A program made the position numbers and the translations under genes. The notes below the pieces were generated by a model. That model was not told the DNA's origin. It saw only the letters and a list, made by a program, of their open reading frames with translations, and searched no databases. Positions 1 through 13,243 of a DNA stretch of 64,000 bases are shown here, in pieces. Source of the DNA: Leidyana gryllorum EB-2025a (lineage: Eukaryota; Protista; Apicomplexa); the NCBI GenBank assembly GCA_048772705.1, contig JBLWGC010000036.1, forward strand, positions 270,175 through 334,174, given 5' to 3'. How positions within the stretch are numbered: position 1 is the first letter of the stretch; the number at the start of each line of letters is the position of its first letter.

Positions 1-3000
1 TCGGAGTCATCGCTAGTGGTGAAGTGGGTGTTGGATGAGGCGTCTCGAATTGGGACGTCGCGCCTCTCAATTCACCTCTGCCGGGAACATCGGCAGGCAG
101 TGGAGATTTGACTCCTCTCTTGGGAGCCGGTGGCGGTCGGGTGTAGGGACTGGTGGGTTGAATTTTCTTCGTTTGGCTTGAGGACATTGGAGTGCTCACT
201 ACGAGCTGAGCTGTGGGCGTGGCAACTTTTGTTGGAGTGTTCGTCTCAGTCAATTCAGTTTGAGCGCCGGCAGCCTTTGAGTTCTCAACATCGGTCCATT
301 GCTTCGCTTTGTATTTGAGAAAATCGATAGTTCCTTCCCAGAGATCTTTGGTCGTATTCGAGGAGCTCTTCTTGTTCGGCTTCACGAAAGCATATTTGAT
401 CGTCGTCTCTGGGGTCGGAGAGCTGTTGCGGGCGGCGGGTTTGGCGTCGTCTCCGCCGAGCGTGGCTGCAACCGGCTTGAAGACGATGGCCCATTCGGGG
501 TCTGCGTGGTCGGCTTGAGCTGACAAGATGCACCAGATGAGCAAATCGTTGCGGTCACAGAGCTTCTCGATCATCTTAGCCTGCGAGAAACAACTAATGT
601 CAGCTTTTCGGGCTTTATCCAACATATCCTGGAACACAGAGTCAGCAAACTGTTGGCTGTCAAAGAGCAGTTCCAGATAGGCTATTTTGGCGTCAGAGAG
701 CAGCAGTGAGAACAGTTCCGACACTGAGCTAAAGTGTTGCTCTCCCAGGGTCGGAGTTATATTGCGACTGGAGAGAAAAGCGATGGCAGTCTTCAAGATC
801 GTTTGTTCGATCACACTTCGATCAGCCACTGTTGGGGAAGGAAGTAATTGAGCAGAATGTGCCAAACGATCACTCACTTGTGATTGAGTCTCTCTGTGAG
901 CAGTCCACCCACGAGCCACACAGAGCCTTTGTGATCGACAGAACACTGCCGGATGACTTTTTCGGCAATTGAGATCGGAGTTTGCGGCTCAGTCCGTTGA
1001 GTTTGACATCCTTGGCAGCCAATGTATTGAAGGTATTGGCTGCCAGTTCTCCCCTATAGGACGTGGATGAGAAGGGAAAGTTGAGTGAAAGTCGCTTACC
1101 CGTTCTCCAATAAGAGGTAAAGGATTCGGCTTCCGAGTTCCTCGATATCCTCGTGGTAGTTTGGTACGTTCGCTGTGGGCGACTTATCAGGCTCAGATGC
1201 CGGCATCCGACTGAGACTGTCGTCGGCTGCTTCCCCGTTAGTTGGAGATCCCGGACACGTGTCGAGGCCTCCCCCATTCTTCTTCTTGCGACTCTTCTTC
1301 TTTTTCTTTTTGCTCCCGTCTTCCGCACCCTTATCTTCCCCATCGCTTTCGATTTGTTTCATAATGTCATCAACAGTCGTGGGTGGGGGTGCAGCTGGAG
1401 TCGGTGAGGGGGTGACAACCGGCGGTGGAGGAGGGATGGGTTGAGCAGCGGCGAGTTCGCTGAGTTTCATCTCGAGGAGATGAGCCTTCCGTCGCGCTGC
1501 CTCGGTTTGTTGATGCATCCGACCACCTGCTGCTGCGAGTTCGGCAGCCATGCCCTTGAGACACCCGGCCAGATGGCCGTCGATGGTGAGACTGGGGCTT
1601 GTGATGAACTCATCGCTGCCAAATAGATCGCTGGGGTGGCAGTGGCTTCCCTGTGAGCCCCATCGACTGCGGAACCTCTCTCGGATGTGACGGCCAATCG
1701 ATTGAGGTGGAGGGTTGAACATAAAGTTTGCCATCTCGCGTCGCCAAATGGCGGCCTTGAGCCTCCTCAACTGGAAACTCGGAACGTCGCAGAGTCTAGA
1801 GTCCGCTTCATCCTCAAAGTCATCGCTGCCCTCTATTTTACCGTCCTTCCGAAGATCCTGCCACTCATCTGAGTCTTCTTGTGACTCGGGAGTCGGGATT
1901 TGTGTCGTCCGCTGATCGTCCAGGACGCTCAATGTTGGAGGTTTGGGGACCGGACGACACAACTTTTCCAGTGACATGACGGGCAGAACCTCTGAGAGCT
2001 GTAACGCGTGGGCCAATGCCATTTCGTCATCAGTGAATGTGACAAACGCAACCAGTATGTGTAGATCCATGCCACTCTGGACAAAGCTTAGGCCCTCTCT
2101 GGCCACCGTCAAATGCTCGACCGTCTCCCCGAAAAGTAGGGATCGAGCAGCATTATCGAGTCTCTGAGCCTGGGACCACTTTAGACCGACCTCGCCTTTC
2201 ACACTGAGAGTGGCGGCTGGGTGATGAAGGTTACTTATACAGGCTGACTCTAATATGGCCTCGCCACTGCCAACAATACTCCCGACGCGCCATGTCTCGC
2301 TCGCAGCTGAAAAGTAGGCGAACAGTATGGGCTCTTCCAGTTTACCCTCCTTTCTCCGTGTCTTCCAATAGTTATCGACCCAAGCGCCACTAACAGGAGT
2401 TTTGGGGGCGTGCGGCTCTCTGCCCGTCTCGATACCGGGCAATTTGACATAAATTGGTCGGAAGTTGTACATCCGATCCAACAAACAGAAGGCGCCGCGC
2501 AACGGTTTGAACTCAGCACTCGTTATCAGATGTATTCTGAGGGGCAGATCGGCCAATGCCATAATGTGCGCTTCTCCGGCAGCCAGAGTACCGATTCCGT
2601 TACTTATAACATCATCAGACCCCGTCTTTCGAGAATCCACAATTGTAGTGGTGTTGTTCCCGCCGCTCTTTGACGATGTGAAAGGAATAACGGGACGCCA
2701 TATCCCATATCTTCTCGTACCTTTCCGGAGACATATGACAACGTGCTGACGCCTCTTATCGTCTGAGCCGGACTCATTAGGGCCACTTCGCTGACTGGAA
2801 TTGCTTGTTGGTGAAGATTCCTCTTCACATATGGGCCCGAGACACATAGAATGCCCGGCCAGATCGATTATTCGGAGACTCAGCATCCCAAATCCTTCGT
2901 CGCCCTCGTTGTCCTTATATCCTTTGACCATATACTTGGCGGCTTCAGTGTCGTCACACACGCTCGTGCTCAACACATAGGCATTGTCCTCATCCGACCT

Positions 3001-6000
3001 CCTCAGGACATAGTCTCCGGAAGGGAAATCGGGGATTGTGGAATGTACAGTCAGTAACATTGGAGTCCACAACAAACTAACATCCAGTTCCCGAAGATTC
3101 AGCCGACTTCGGCCGCCTTCGTTCCAGTCCACATCCAGCCCTCCCGGGCCGATACTCAAGCGGTTGTATTGGCTCGTCAGAAGCGTTTCATACTGTCTGC
3201 TCAAGAGACAGCTGACCAGAGACAGAGACGGGTTACTGCTGACGACCATCTTCCATTTGCCCTCAGTGTTGTCGTACACAACAGCAGTTTTGGCGAAACT
3301 GCCATCACTATTGACTTTACAGTATACAGGTTTGTCTTCTATCATCAATCGAGTCCTGCCGTAGAGTGCGAGGATCGAAGTATCCTCACAGCTCAAACTT
3401 AAGCGGAAAGCGGGATCTTCACATTCCTCGCGAGCAATGACGGCGAAGCTTGGAATGCTCTCCAGGCCTTCGGAGGTGGCCACAAACCACCCACTGTTGG
3501 TCGGACAGGGGCCGCTTACGTCTCCTTTGGGGTGTTTGAGCAGAGGTTGGCTGAGATCAGTTGGACTCAAAGTGAAGGCAATCTTGTCGCTGACAGCCAA
3601 TGGGCCCGCCACTCCTCCTATCTGCACGCTCCCAACAATCTTCCACTCCATCATTCTCGAATCGTACAGAAGTTTTCGGACGCCTTTGCAGCCGCGGTGC
3701 TCATACACCGGACGGAAGCTTTCGATCTCCCCATTCAGATGATACGTTCCTAATATTCCCATTTCATCCTTCCCTGCTGCCGCATCTGTGATGACAACTT
3801 CAACGACACGTGGTACACTATAGTCACCGCGGCCCGAGCGTAAGGTGAGGGGCATCGAATTCTTCACTCGAATCGACAGCTCCAACAGAACCTCGCAGCT
3901 TTCACTGCAGCATCCATATTGGTGGGCCAACAGCAAATCTACTGGCATCCCGCGCTGACACACGGGGCACAACTCGTAATTGCTCGGCAACAGCTGGACG
4001 ACCAAACTGGCAAAGTTGCTGTCGCGGAACAGCTGTCCACAGGTGACATGTTTGAGCGGCAGTGAACTCAGCGCCCGAGTGCCCAGATGCTCCTGGAAGA
4101 ACATTAGCGATGAGTCTGTGGGCAGATTGTCGACATCCATCATGGCGGCTTCGAGGTTCTCTTGCAGTAAGTGTAGTTTGGATTTGACCCCTTCTTCGCC
4201 CCGCAGAACAGCTTCACTCTCGTGCAGCAGACAGGCGACGATATCTCTCCTCAGACTGAAGATATCCTTCATGGTGCGTTTCAAAGCGAGCTGAATCACC
4301 GAGCTATACATATGCAGCTCGTCACTACTTTTGACCATCAGAGTCCCCAGATACATGGAGGACATGTCCGCGGGGTTATATCCTTTCAGAAAGAGGAGGA
4401 TTGTGCCTTCTTCGACGGCACAGCACGTAGTCGGGAGGAAGTCATCCGCTTCTTCGTCCTTCAAAAGCTCCATCGCGTGCTGTAAGCTTTCATTTGGGGT
4501 TGCATTGGCAAAGTACCTAACGTAGCCGCAGATATTGACAAAATAGGAACTCAGAATGCTGCCGGGCTTCTTGACGCCGATCAGGAATATAGCATTACAA
4601 ACCGCTCCCTTTTGTGTATTCCTGGTGGTCGGCATGATGGTTACATAACTATCCACCAAGTCCAACGGCTGCATTGGCTGCAGACCGCATGTCCAGAGCC
4701 TCTGACCACTGGCGTCCGTAACTGGTTTGGTTTGGAGAGCGTACAGTGCCGACTCTTCCAGGGCATCGCCATGGAGCAACGATAAGAGGAGCGCGAGGTC
4801 CGCTACTTCCGTCTTGCTGCGACACGCCACGTGGAATGTGATGGGCAAAGTCTGCATTTTGAGCACTGCGAGTTCCTCCGTACTGAACATCTCTCCCAGA
4901 CCGCCGTTGGACAACCATTGGTGTCCAGTATTCAGGAAGGCTAAAACTGGATCAAAGTCGTCACTCAGGCGCACTTCGCCGGCCGCCAGACTTTGCCATC
5001 CACGCCCGGCTTTCCCATTCTGCGCAGAGGGAGGAGAGTCGGCGGCATCCCCTCTTGTAGAAGCGCCTCGTTTGCTTCTCAACTTGGGGCGACGAATTAT
5101 GCTTCTCAGAGCGTCGCAGTTGATTCCATTCATCATTTGAACGTCGTCAACCAGAAAGATATCGATAGCTCGGTCGTCTTGGCCGGCAAAGTTCCCACTC
5201 AACGAGGCTGGAGGGCACCCGTGAAGTCGTTCTCCGCCTTTGAACCGATCGGCAAAGTGCCCTTGGGATTTGTAGTGGGTTGTGAAACTAACAGTCTCCA
5301 TCAGTGTCTGCGGGGGAGGAACTCCCGGATGAGGATTCTGCAAAGGTGTCCATTCCATTGCGAGCTTTGCAGACTCAGCCCCCGGTGCAGGGTCGCGTCG
5401 CTGAACCACAGTGCTCGGTAGAAGCCGTGGCTTCCGTTTACCACTCTTCGCTCGCCTCTTCGACAGCTCCTCTTCGTAGTCACTCGTTCCCGAGCTCACA
5501 CCGCTCAGGTTGTCATCAAACAATTCACATATGCGTTTCACTGACGGTGCATTGCGATCCTTAAAGAAAGAAGTCCATTTTGCATTGCCTCGGGTCTGAT
5601 AAGATTGTGGAGAACCGTCGTCGGACCTGTCGTCCCCGCTTAGCTCGTGGATGTCTTCCAAGTCGTCGCTGGGAATGAACAAAGGCTCCTCATCTTCTAC
5701 CAAACCCTCACATTCACAGACGTCCAGTCCCTCAGACTCGAACCGTTCTAACATCTGACTGCGGAATTCTCGACAACTGCGCTTTCTGCTCTCATCGATC
5801 ATAACCGGCGGGAAACTGCTCTCCTTCCAGGTGACCACCCCCTCGTCGAACGTGGGGAAGTTTAAACTCCAGTCATAGTTCCGACCATCAGATTTCTGAA
5901 AGACCTCATTGATCTCGCAACTCGGCCTCGCGACGTCGATACCCTCATTGAACATTACCGCTCCCAATGCAGCGTACTCCATTGGCGCGTCATCGTCACC

Positions 6001-9000
6001 ACTCCCGGCCGTCTCGCTCTCGAGTGCCGGAGCCGCCTTGGATTTGGCCCCCGGTTTCCCGTGACCCGAAGTGTCCACCACTTCCGGAAGCGAGAAGAAG
6101 AGGGGCAGTACTCGCAGAGTTTGATCCAAATCCTGCCCAGCACGGAGCATCGCGACCACTCGGGCTACGTGATCGACTTTGGTGTAGGTGAAGTGTAATG
6201 GAACAAACCCGGCATTGAAGGTCCAGTAGTTGCACGGCACCTGTCCAGTATTCAGGAGCAAAAGTTCGTCACTCATTTGATCCTCGTCTATCCCAAATCC
6301 AAATATAAATGATCGTCCTTCCACCGATGTGGTGTTGTGGATTGTACTCGTGGCCGACCCCGAGAGCCCATCAAACTGCAGTAGAGAGGCGTCAGTCCGT
6401 GGATCTTCATTGGTCCCCGTCCTAACACCCGAGCCGCCTGCGTTCTCTCGGGCGGGAGCCCATTCTGCCGGCTGACTCTCTCCCGAGGCAGCCTCACCTT
6501 TCGCTATCAGCGTCTCCACATACTGTCGGGTTTGCGGGAGGGGATAGAGACCCGGCACGTGCTCGGTGGAGACAGACCAGGTTCCAGTCAGATAGTCTTT
6601 GACGAAACACACAATGCGGTGGGCACCATTCGACCCTCCAACCGGCACAGCAGCCAGAATGGAGTTCAGGAAGAAACGCGAACGCGCTTCCGGCAGGGCA
6701 CCTTTGGCCGGACTGCCGGCCACACCTTTGAACAGTCCACCAGCTGACTCTTCCTTCTCAAAGTCTTCCTCCTCTTCCATCAGTTCGCCGAGATCCAGGT
6801 ACTCCGGAACAGTCAGAGAGCCCCGTGACTCGCTCAGAGAAGCTGTGCTGCAAAACTCGTCCACTCTCGAGTGCAGCACATTGATACTCATTTCCACAGG
6901 CAGTGAGATTAGCGTAGTCTGAGCAGTCACTGAGCATTCCTCCCCATTGGGCATCAGAAAATTGCTCAGAGACCGCTCCGAGCAGTAAGCGGAGATGAGA
7001 TTCTCAAGCGATACGTTGGCATTAGGGTCATAATGCAGCTGAAGTTGCTCTATGGTCCGCGCGTTCACGTAACCCTTTGAGGCAAAGTCCACACCTTCAC
7101 TCGCAGATTGCGATTTCGCCTGAGCACCACCACCGCCCTTGCCGCCTGACGAGTTGTTTTGGGGCACCACCAAAGTTGCCTCATCCAAACACAGGAAGGT
7201 TTGGACGAGGTTTCGACATGAATCGGCCGCGCTCTTCGCTTCACCATCGACCAAAGAGGGGTAACAGGCCTCGGTGGCAGCAATCAGTGTCGGTCGCAGC
7301 GCTTGTAGAAGAGTGTAGACATCAAATACCTCCAAAGCAGAGTGCAAGCGGCACAGCTCGGTTGTTGCTTTGACTATCCGGAATATCCACTTTCGAGGAA
7401 TTCGCCGAGTGGGCTCCTTCTGGGAAGCCCGCATGGCACCCTTAACGGTGGCCACCAACAGCACCGCCAGCGTCGGTAAACTCAGATTCTCGCGACCTTC
7501 CAGAGTGATACGACTCGGCAGATTCAACCTCATCCGAACGCCGTTCGCCTCAGGGTCGCTGGGGTCGGGGGCGGTGTTCCGCTCACTATTGTTCTGGGCT
7601 AAAGTCTTTGGATTCAGACCGAATGCCTTCATAGTCTCGTGTGACACCGAAACAGTCTCCTCTGCAGCTTGCTGATTGCGTGTCTCCTTGAGCCAGGTAC
7701 GCACTGCCTTGACCACTGCGCGATGGTGTATGTAGTGCAGGAAGCTGAGCACCATCTCCACACTCGGTGTGAAGAGAGTGCCTTGGATCAGAGGTTCCAA
7801 GGCCTGCCAAGCCTCGCTTGTGGATCCCAAGCAGCCTATTTCGAACCACGGAAGGAGATTGCGAAGTTGGCGGACAAGTGGTTTGTCCGACCGCAGGGCA
7901 TCCTCGCGGGCGAAACGGCCTTTCCAGATGTCTCCGGCTTGTTTTACGGGATGCTCCAGGCTCAGAACAGTTCCTCTTTGCTCAAAAGCCATGCGGAAGC
8001 GCTGACTCTTTCGGACACAGTGCGGTCGCACAGTCGCCGTGATGGTGGAGATCATTTTGTTCTGATCACCGTGTCTGGGAACCACTGATTCGTAATTCCA
8101 ACTCAAGGGACTCCAATGATTGACCCGTTTCGCGAGTTCATCGAGTTCTTCCTCGTTCAGTAAAGCTTCGGTATCCCTCTTCTTGGACCTATTCGCGGCA
8201 CCCATTTTCCGACGGGCAAAATCGCCAGGTACCAAGCATCGCTGTACCGGTTCAATGAATCGTGAGGCAAGCCGAATGCGCAGAACGGCTTGCGCGGGTT
8301 TGCCTCCAACGAAGGTTTTGCCAGTCTTGCTATTGATCTCAGTTGACAAAACTTGTGCTTTAGTGAGCCTTGGAATGTCTATGACGGGATTGCTGTTGCT
8401 TATTGCTTGAATACCCCAAACGCTGGCGCTATGGTCGTTAATGTTGCGCCAATTGAGTAACGTGACCTCGTAGAACACCTGTGGGACACTCCACATGTAG
8501 CTTTCGAACGTAGGGGAGTTACTATTGGGTGGCCGCGCGGGTTTGTGAAACTCGAGTCGCACAGCGACGCTATCGGCCATGGGCGGCGGCGGATTCTTCA
8601 CTCGGATTCCCCGTTTGCGATGCCTGAGAGTCTCTGATGATCCACCACCGGCCCCACCTGGAGCCGGATTGATAGCCGCTGTAACCTTAAGATGCAAACC
8701 TCCGATTGTACGTCTTTTTCCCTCAGCAGTAGCTGTACGTTTAGATAGCAGAGTGGGCACATCAAGTGACACCACATCAGCGTCCACCCAGCCTGTAGCA
8801 TCTTGGCAGCAAAGGTGGTTTACGAAAAACTCGCTTCCGGTTTGCTTCATGAACGAGTGCACAGTTATATCGAGTTGCTCTTTCAGAGTTCTACCGTCAG
8901 GTGTAGATAGTTTGTTGGCCGGGGTTTCGGGTCGTAGCCGAGTCCACGCCACTCCTCTGGCGCTCAACGCCGTTCGTCCGTCTCCCGAGCGCTTGTACAG

Positions 9001-9327
9001 TTGAAAGGTGCCTTCTTTGGCGTGGTCATTAACGGGACCGAAAGAAACTCCCATGTCATCCAATTCTTCAATCAAGCGTTGTAGCCGGACTCTGGTGCCC
9101 CATCCTTGCGCGAGTGCCGTCAAGCGAGCGATTTGAATCTTGTGTGCGAATGCTCCGTCAGTATGGGGCCACCACACACCGCCTTCCGAGTACGGAACGG
9201 GGACCCTGACAACGGGCATAAACCAACATGCTGAACGGAATGGACTGTGACAGTCAACAATCTGATCAACTATCTCGTATTCGCTGCAGGTATACTCGCT
9301 CTCAACGTCTTCGGCCGATGTGGTCAT
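1..9327 (-). CDS. Giant (>3,070 aa) multidomain hypothetical protein, 3' end outside window; degenerate USP-like region, UBZ-like zinc finger, three beta-rich internal repeats, coiled coil with poly-Lys NLS-like tract
   Basis: The 2743-aa ORF 9327-1096 ends at a GT donor (GG|GTAAG). Introns 1099-1054 (46 nt) and 877-829 (49 nt) keep the frame open through exons 1053-878 and 828-1, with no stop before base 1. Domain calls are motif resemblance only. Confidence 0.85.
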
Positions 9328-9396
9328 CTCGACCGAAAAAATTCAATTCGAGTACTACTCGGCCGTGCGTGTTACCCCAGAGCCTAACTACCAAGA

Positions 9397-10700
9397 TCAT
9401 CCACCCAGGTACACAATGAGGGGCAGAATGATGCAAACTGCCAAGAGGATCAGACAGGTGGATATGTAACATGCCCACTGCGAGAAAGGTGTCTATTTTG
9501 ACGGTGTGAACTCACTTTCTTAGACTTGGCTTGATTTATTCTGGCCTGGACCAAGTCCTTCTCGGCTTTCTCTGTATAATCCTTGGCGTTCTGGACGGAG
9601 AACTCTATCTGGTCCAACAGTTCGCCCTGCGCCTCTACCAAGGTCGCTAGGTCAACGAACATTTGGTGCAGTTCCTGGACACCTGACAGTTATGCATAGT
9701 ACACATCGACCGCCCAGCAGCTCACTCTGTTCGAGCCGTTTGACGTCTCGATGCTTGAGTTCAATATCATGGACTGCATAGGCCAAATTCTCATGTGCGC
9801 CGGTCATACGAGCGTGTATAGCCTTCTGAGCCACCATATTATCGGCGTCATCGACCATTTCCTGTATTTCACGATCACTGGCGCCAGGGTAGACTGCCAA
9901 TAAACAGTCAGTTCACTCGCGGACAGCTCGCCTACCTGCCGGGGAGTGATCACATAAACGGTCTTTCCCTCAGACCCAATCAAACGTACCTATTTTCACT
10001 TGACGTTCTATCTTCTCCTTCACTGCGTTCTTGTATTCCGTCTGCAGCGCTCTGTAACCCTGCAATAGCTCTCGGAACTTGCGAGTGAGGGCAGCGTGCA
10101 TTCCATCTCGAATACGAGCCTCGCTGGAATCAGCATTCCTTGACCGAAAAAGATCATTGTCTTGCTTGAGGTTCTCCAAAGCCTTCTTTGTAGCCAAAAC
10201 AGATTTGTTTGTAACAGTGATCTTCTGCTGCAGTTGGGTTGAAGCCTCTATTCATCGGCTATGGAAGATCGGGCGTAGATCCATACTCACGCTGTTCCTC
10301 CGAAGGTGTAGCAGCCTTCACCATCTCCAATTTGAATCTCTTGATCTCGTCCATAGATTTATATATCTCGGCTATCCCAGCTTGTATGCCGTTAATTGAA
10401 CCCAGATAGTCCGACATGAACCCCGCTTCTGACACCTGACCCACATCAGAGTACACACTCAGCCACCAGCGTACACACACACACAGAGGTACATTCCGCC
10501 TCCCAATGAATACACGCAATTGAGACGTTCAGTCTCACCTCGACTTGACTGGCGGCACCCACTTGGGCCTCGAAAACACCCATGTCAGTACCTTCATGGG
10601 GGCGAGCCAAAAGAACGGCCGAAGAGTCCGGTAGAAGTTCCGCTAAGCCGTTGTCCCTGGCCTGAACTAACGCCTTGAGGTCAGATAGACGGTCCTGCAT
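9397..10700 (-). CDS. STX1-like: Syntaxin (Qa-SNARE, plasma-membrane syntaxin-1/SYP1/Sso type), multi-exon
   Basis: N-terminal MQDRLSDLK, Habc helix (ARIRDGMHAALTRKF), SNARE motif MFVDLATLVEAQGELLDQIE, and a last exon encoding the TM anchor WACYISTCLILLAVCIILPLIVYLGG* (stop 9397). Confidence 0.93.
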
Positions 10701-10718
10701 ATCTTCTTGTTAAGGTCA

Positions 10719-10728
10719 TATATATATA
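10719..10728. promoter_or_regulatory. (TA)n/TATA-like element between divergent genes
   Basis: A TATATATATA run in the short gap between the syntaxin ATG (10700, -) and the first ATG of the + gene (10728). The same arrangement recurs at 42776-42787. Confidence 0.4.
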
Positions 10729-13233
10729 TGTTGACGACTGTTTTTTCGAGGCAACAGGGCCGCTCCTCCAATGGCAAAAAGGCGGGCCTCTACTGGACTG
10801 CTGTAGGCGGCTCGCAATTCCTAGACGGCTCACGGACGAACTCAATATCGCAAGCGGCCCAACTCTATAGCGTTGTTCCGCCCTTATTACCTCAACATGC
10901 TTACATGCGTAAGCGGCGATGTTTGATGCCGCGTCGGTCAAATCTGGATTTGGTAATGGATACCTTTTCACTATGTCTTATTGATGACATACTCAAAAGC
11001 GGTGATATCACGGGACTTCTAGCTGCTTGTGCGCCAGAAAGATTGCCTACGGGCTGGTCTGTGCTCCAAAAAGCCTTGTGCCTATATTCTGTCATAGTGG
11101 CTCTTGAGACAAACATTATACCGAACTGTTCCTTCATAATTGAAGAATGGATCAAGAACCCGCATCTGGCCAAACTCGGTTGGAGCAGCTTTCTGGGGCG
11201 GTATATTCGGTGTAATCCATTCTCGGTCCCTGCCAGCGCAATGCACTCGATGATCCAAAGACATCCTTCCGCCGACAGCGCGCCCCTGCTCGAAGCCGTC
11301 TCCATGCGTGTGCTGCCGTACTATTTCGATCAATCACATTGGTTATGGAATATTTTATTGCAAGCCATTCTTCAGGACGGCATACGCAAACCTAAAACTA
11401 TTGCATTCGATATTCCGTGGCCGCGTTCTCAAATTTCAAAAGCGCTCGTGTACACATTCGCCCGATCTCCCCGGAGACCGCCAGAAACCACCGATTATCT
11501 GGCCGCAGATGCGGCTGCCCGTCTAGTTCTACCGTTCTTCCGAGAGAGCCGTAGTAATCGGCTTATACTTCAGATTCTCATGTTATACCTCAATCTTGCG
11601 CACACAGCAGTGGGGTTGGATGTGTTGACTGAGGTTCGCCTTTATGGTGCTGTCAAAGTAGACGCTCAGCATGTGTCTGTGTTGTTGGCGAGAGACTATC
11701 ACTCAGAACAGAATGTGTTACGCAATCTGGTGGCAGCGTCATCCCGACTTTCCAAAAAGACGCAACGGCAGTTGTGGAGCGATCTAGTCAGACTATTGCT
11801 TCCGGAGTTGCGCAACCGAATTGAGAACTCCCTGTACCGGGTGAGGAGACAGCCGTTCTATGGAGTTCAGTCTGCCTCTCAGCACCTATCAATTGAGGAT
11901 CTATGTTGCCAGCCGAGCGGGGGTCCAACAGAGGATGCATCAACTACTCCTGCAGATTCGCGTCTTGTCACTAATCTTTCGTCAGCAACGACGCCAACTA
12001 ACGGTGCAGATGCCGCGTTGAATCGTTTCATGTCGAGTGGGGGGACGTCGCCGAGTCCCAACATGAACAGGATGCAATGCTGGATTGCAGGCAACAGCCG
12101 TGAACCTGCAACGTGCTCGGCCGGTGACACGGTGACGATAACCAGTCTGCCCAATCCTAAGGGCGATTCTGTCAGCACTTTCTGCTATCAATTACAAACC
12201 CATGTGCTCTTGGATAGTCGACAATCGGTGTTCGCATATGCGCTGGCCTCGTTGTCCGACAATGACGGTAATCTTTGTATACAATGTTTTGATGCCTATT
12301 GATGGAGCAGTTGGATCACACATTTGTGGGGTTCTTGGCAGTATAACTATTCGAGTTGGGAGCGCCAAACGCACAGTCGCTGGTCTCGCATTCGATTTTA
12401 GTGTTGGACAAGCGCTCGAGTTACCGGAACCGACCTATGACCCCTCACGGATGATCCCACTACACAGCATCAGCAATCCTTACTTGACACGACCGCGGAT
12501 CCCTGTTGCTTTTATGATCGGTATTACAGAAGAGGACATTAGTTGGACGGCACAGAGGACCAGTCGAACGAGAGTTGCGGTGCAGTGGCCGAAAAGCCAA
12601 GAAACTGATATGACAATGTTCGTTGTGGTGGCGAGCAGAAATCAGAAATTCGTGGAGATTGCTGTTGAGCCAGGCGCTGGTCCCGCTCCTTCCCATTCCT
12701 GTCTGCGTTTCCATTGCTGTGCCCACCCTACAGGCGTTACGCATCCACGGCAAGTATGGGGGTCTACTTTCAGACGTCAGGACTTGACATTGGACCACCT
12801 GGCAATTCTGGCAAGCGTCCGAGCACCATCCACAGACTCGAAGAGCCAACCTCGTTTGAGGACCACTCAACAACAGCAGAAGGGACGAACGTCAGCAACC
12901 GGCCGTGGCCGCTCCTCTCAAACCCCCAAAGGTCAGCGACCAACACCTTCCTCGGACGGGAGTCGATCGTTGGCTACCAAGCAACTTGACGACTGTGCAC
13001 AATGGATGAGCTTACAGCGTCAGGGGTGCCCCCTCTGTCACATCAGCCCCCGCCAGCCATACGAACAAGGTTTGGAAATATCTCCGCCGGATGAGGCTGC
13101 TGAAGAAGTGTCCCAGCTGTGGGGAGGCCAGAATGGGAGTCGAACGCTCCGTGCTTGGCAGCTGTTTGCGGTGAGAATGGACTTCGGAGCGCCTGGCAGG
13201 TTCCAGAGGTTCAGGCACAATGACAAGCGCTGA
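10728..13233 (+). CDS. Hypothetical protein (~820 aa), two exons; start uncertain
   Basis: The 531-aa and 343-aa ORFs join in frame through a 43-nt GT-AG intron at 12268-12310. No family recognised, and a downstream ATG may be the true start. Confidence 0.7.
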
Positions 13234-13243
13234 CTATGATTGA

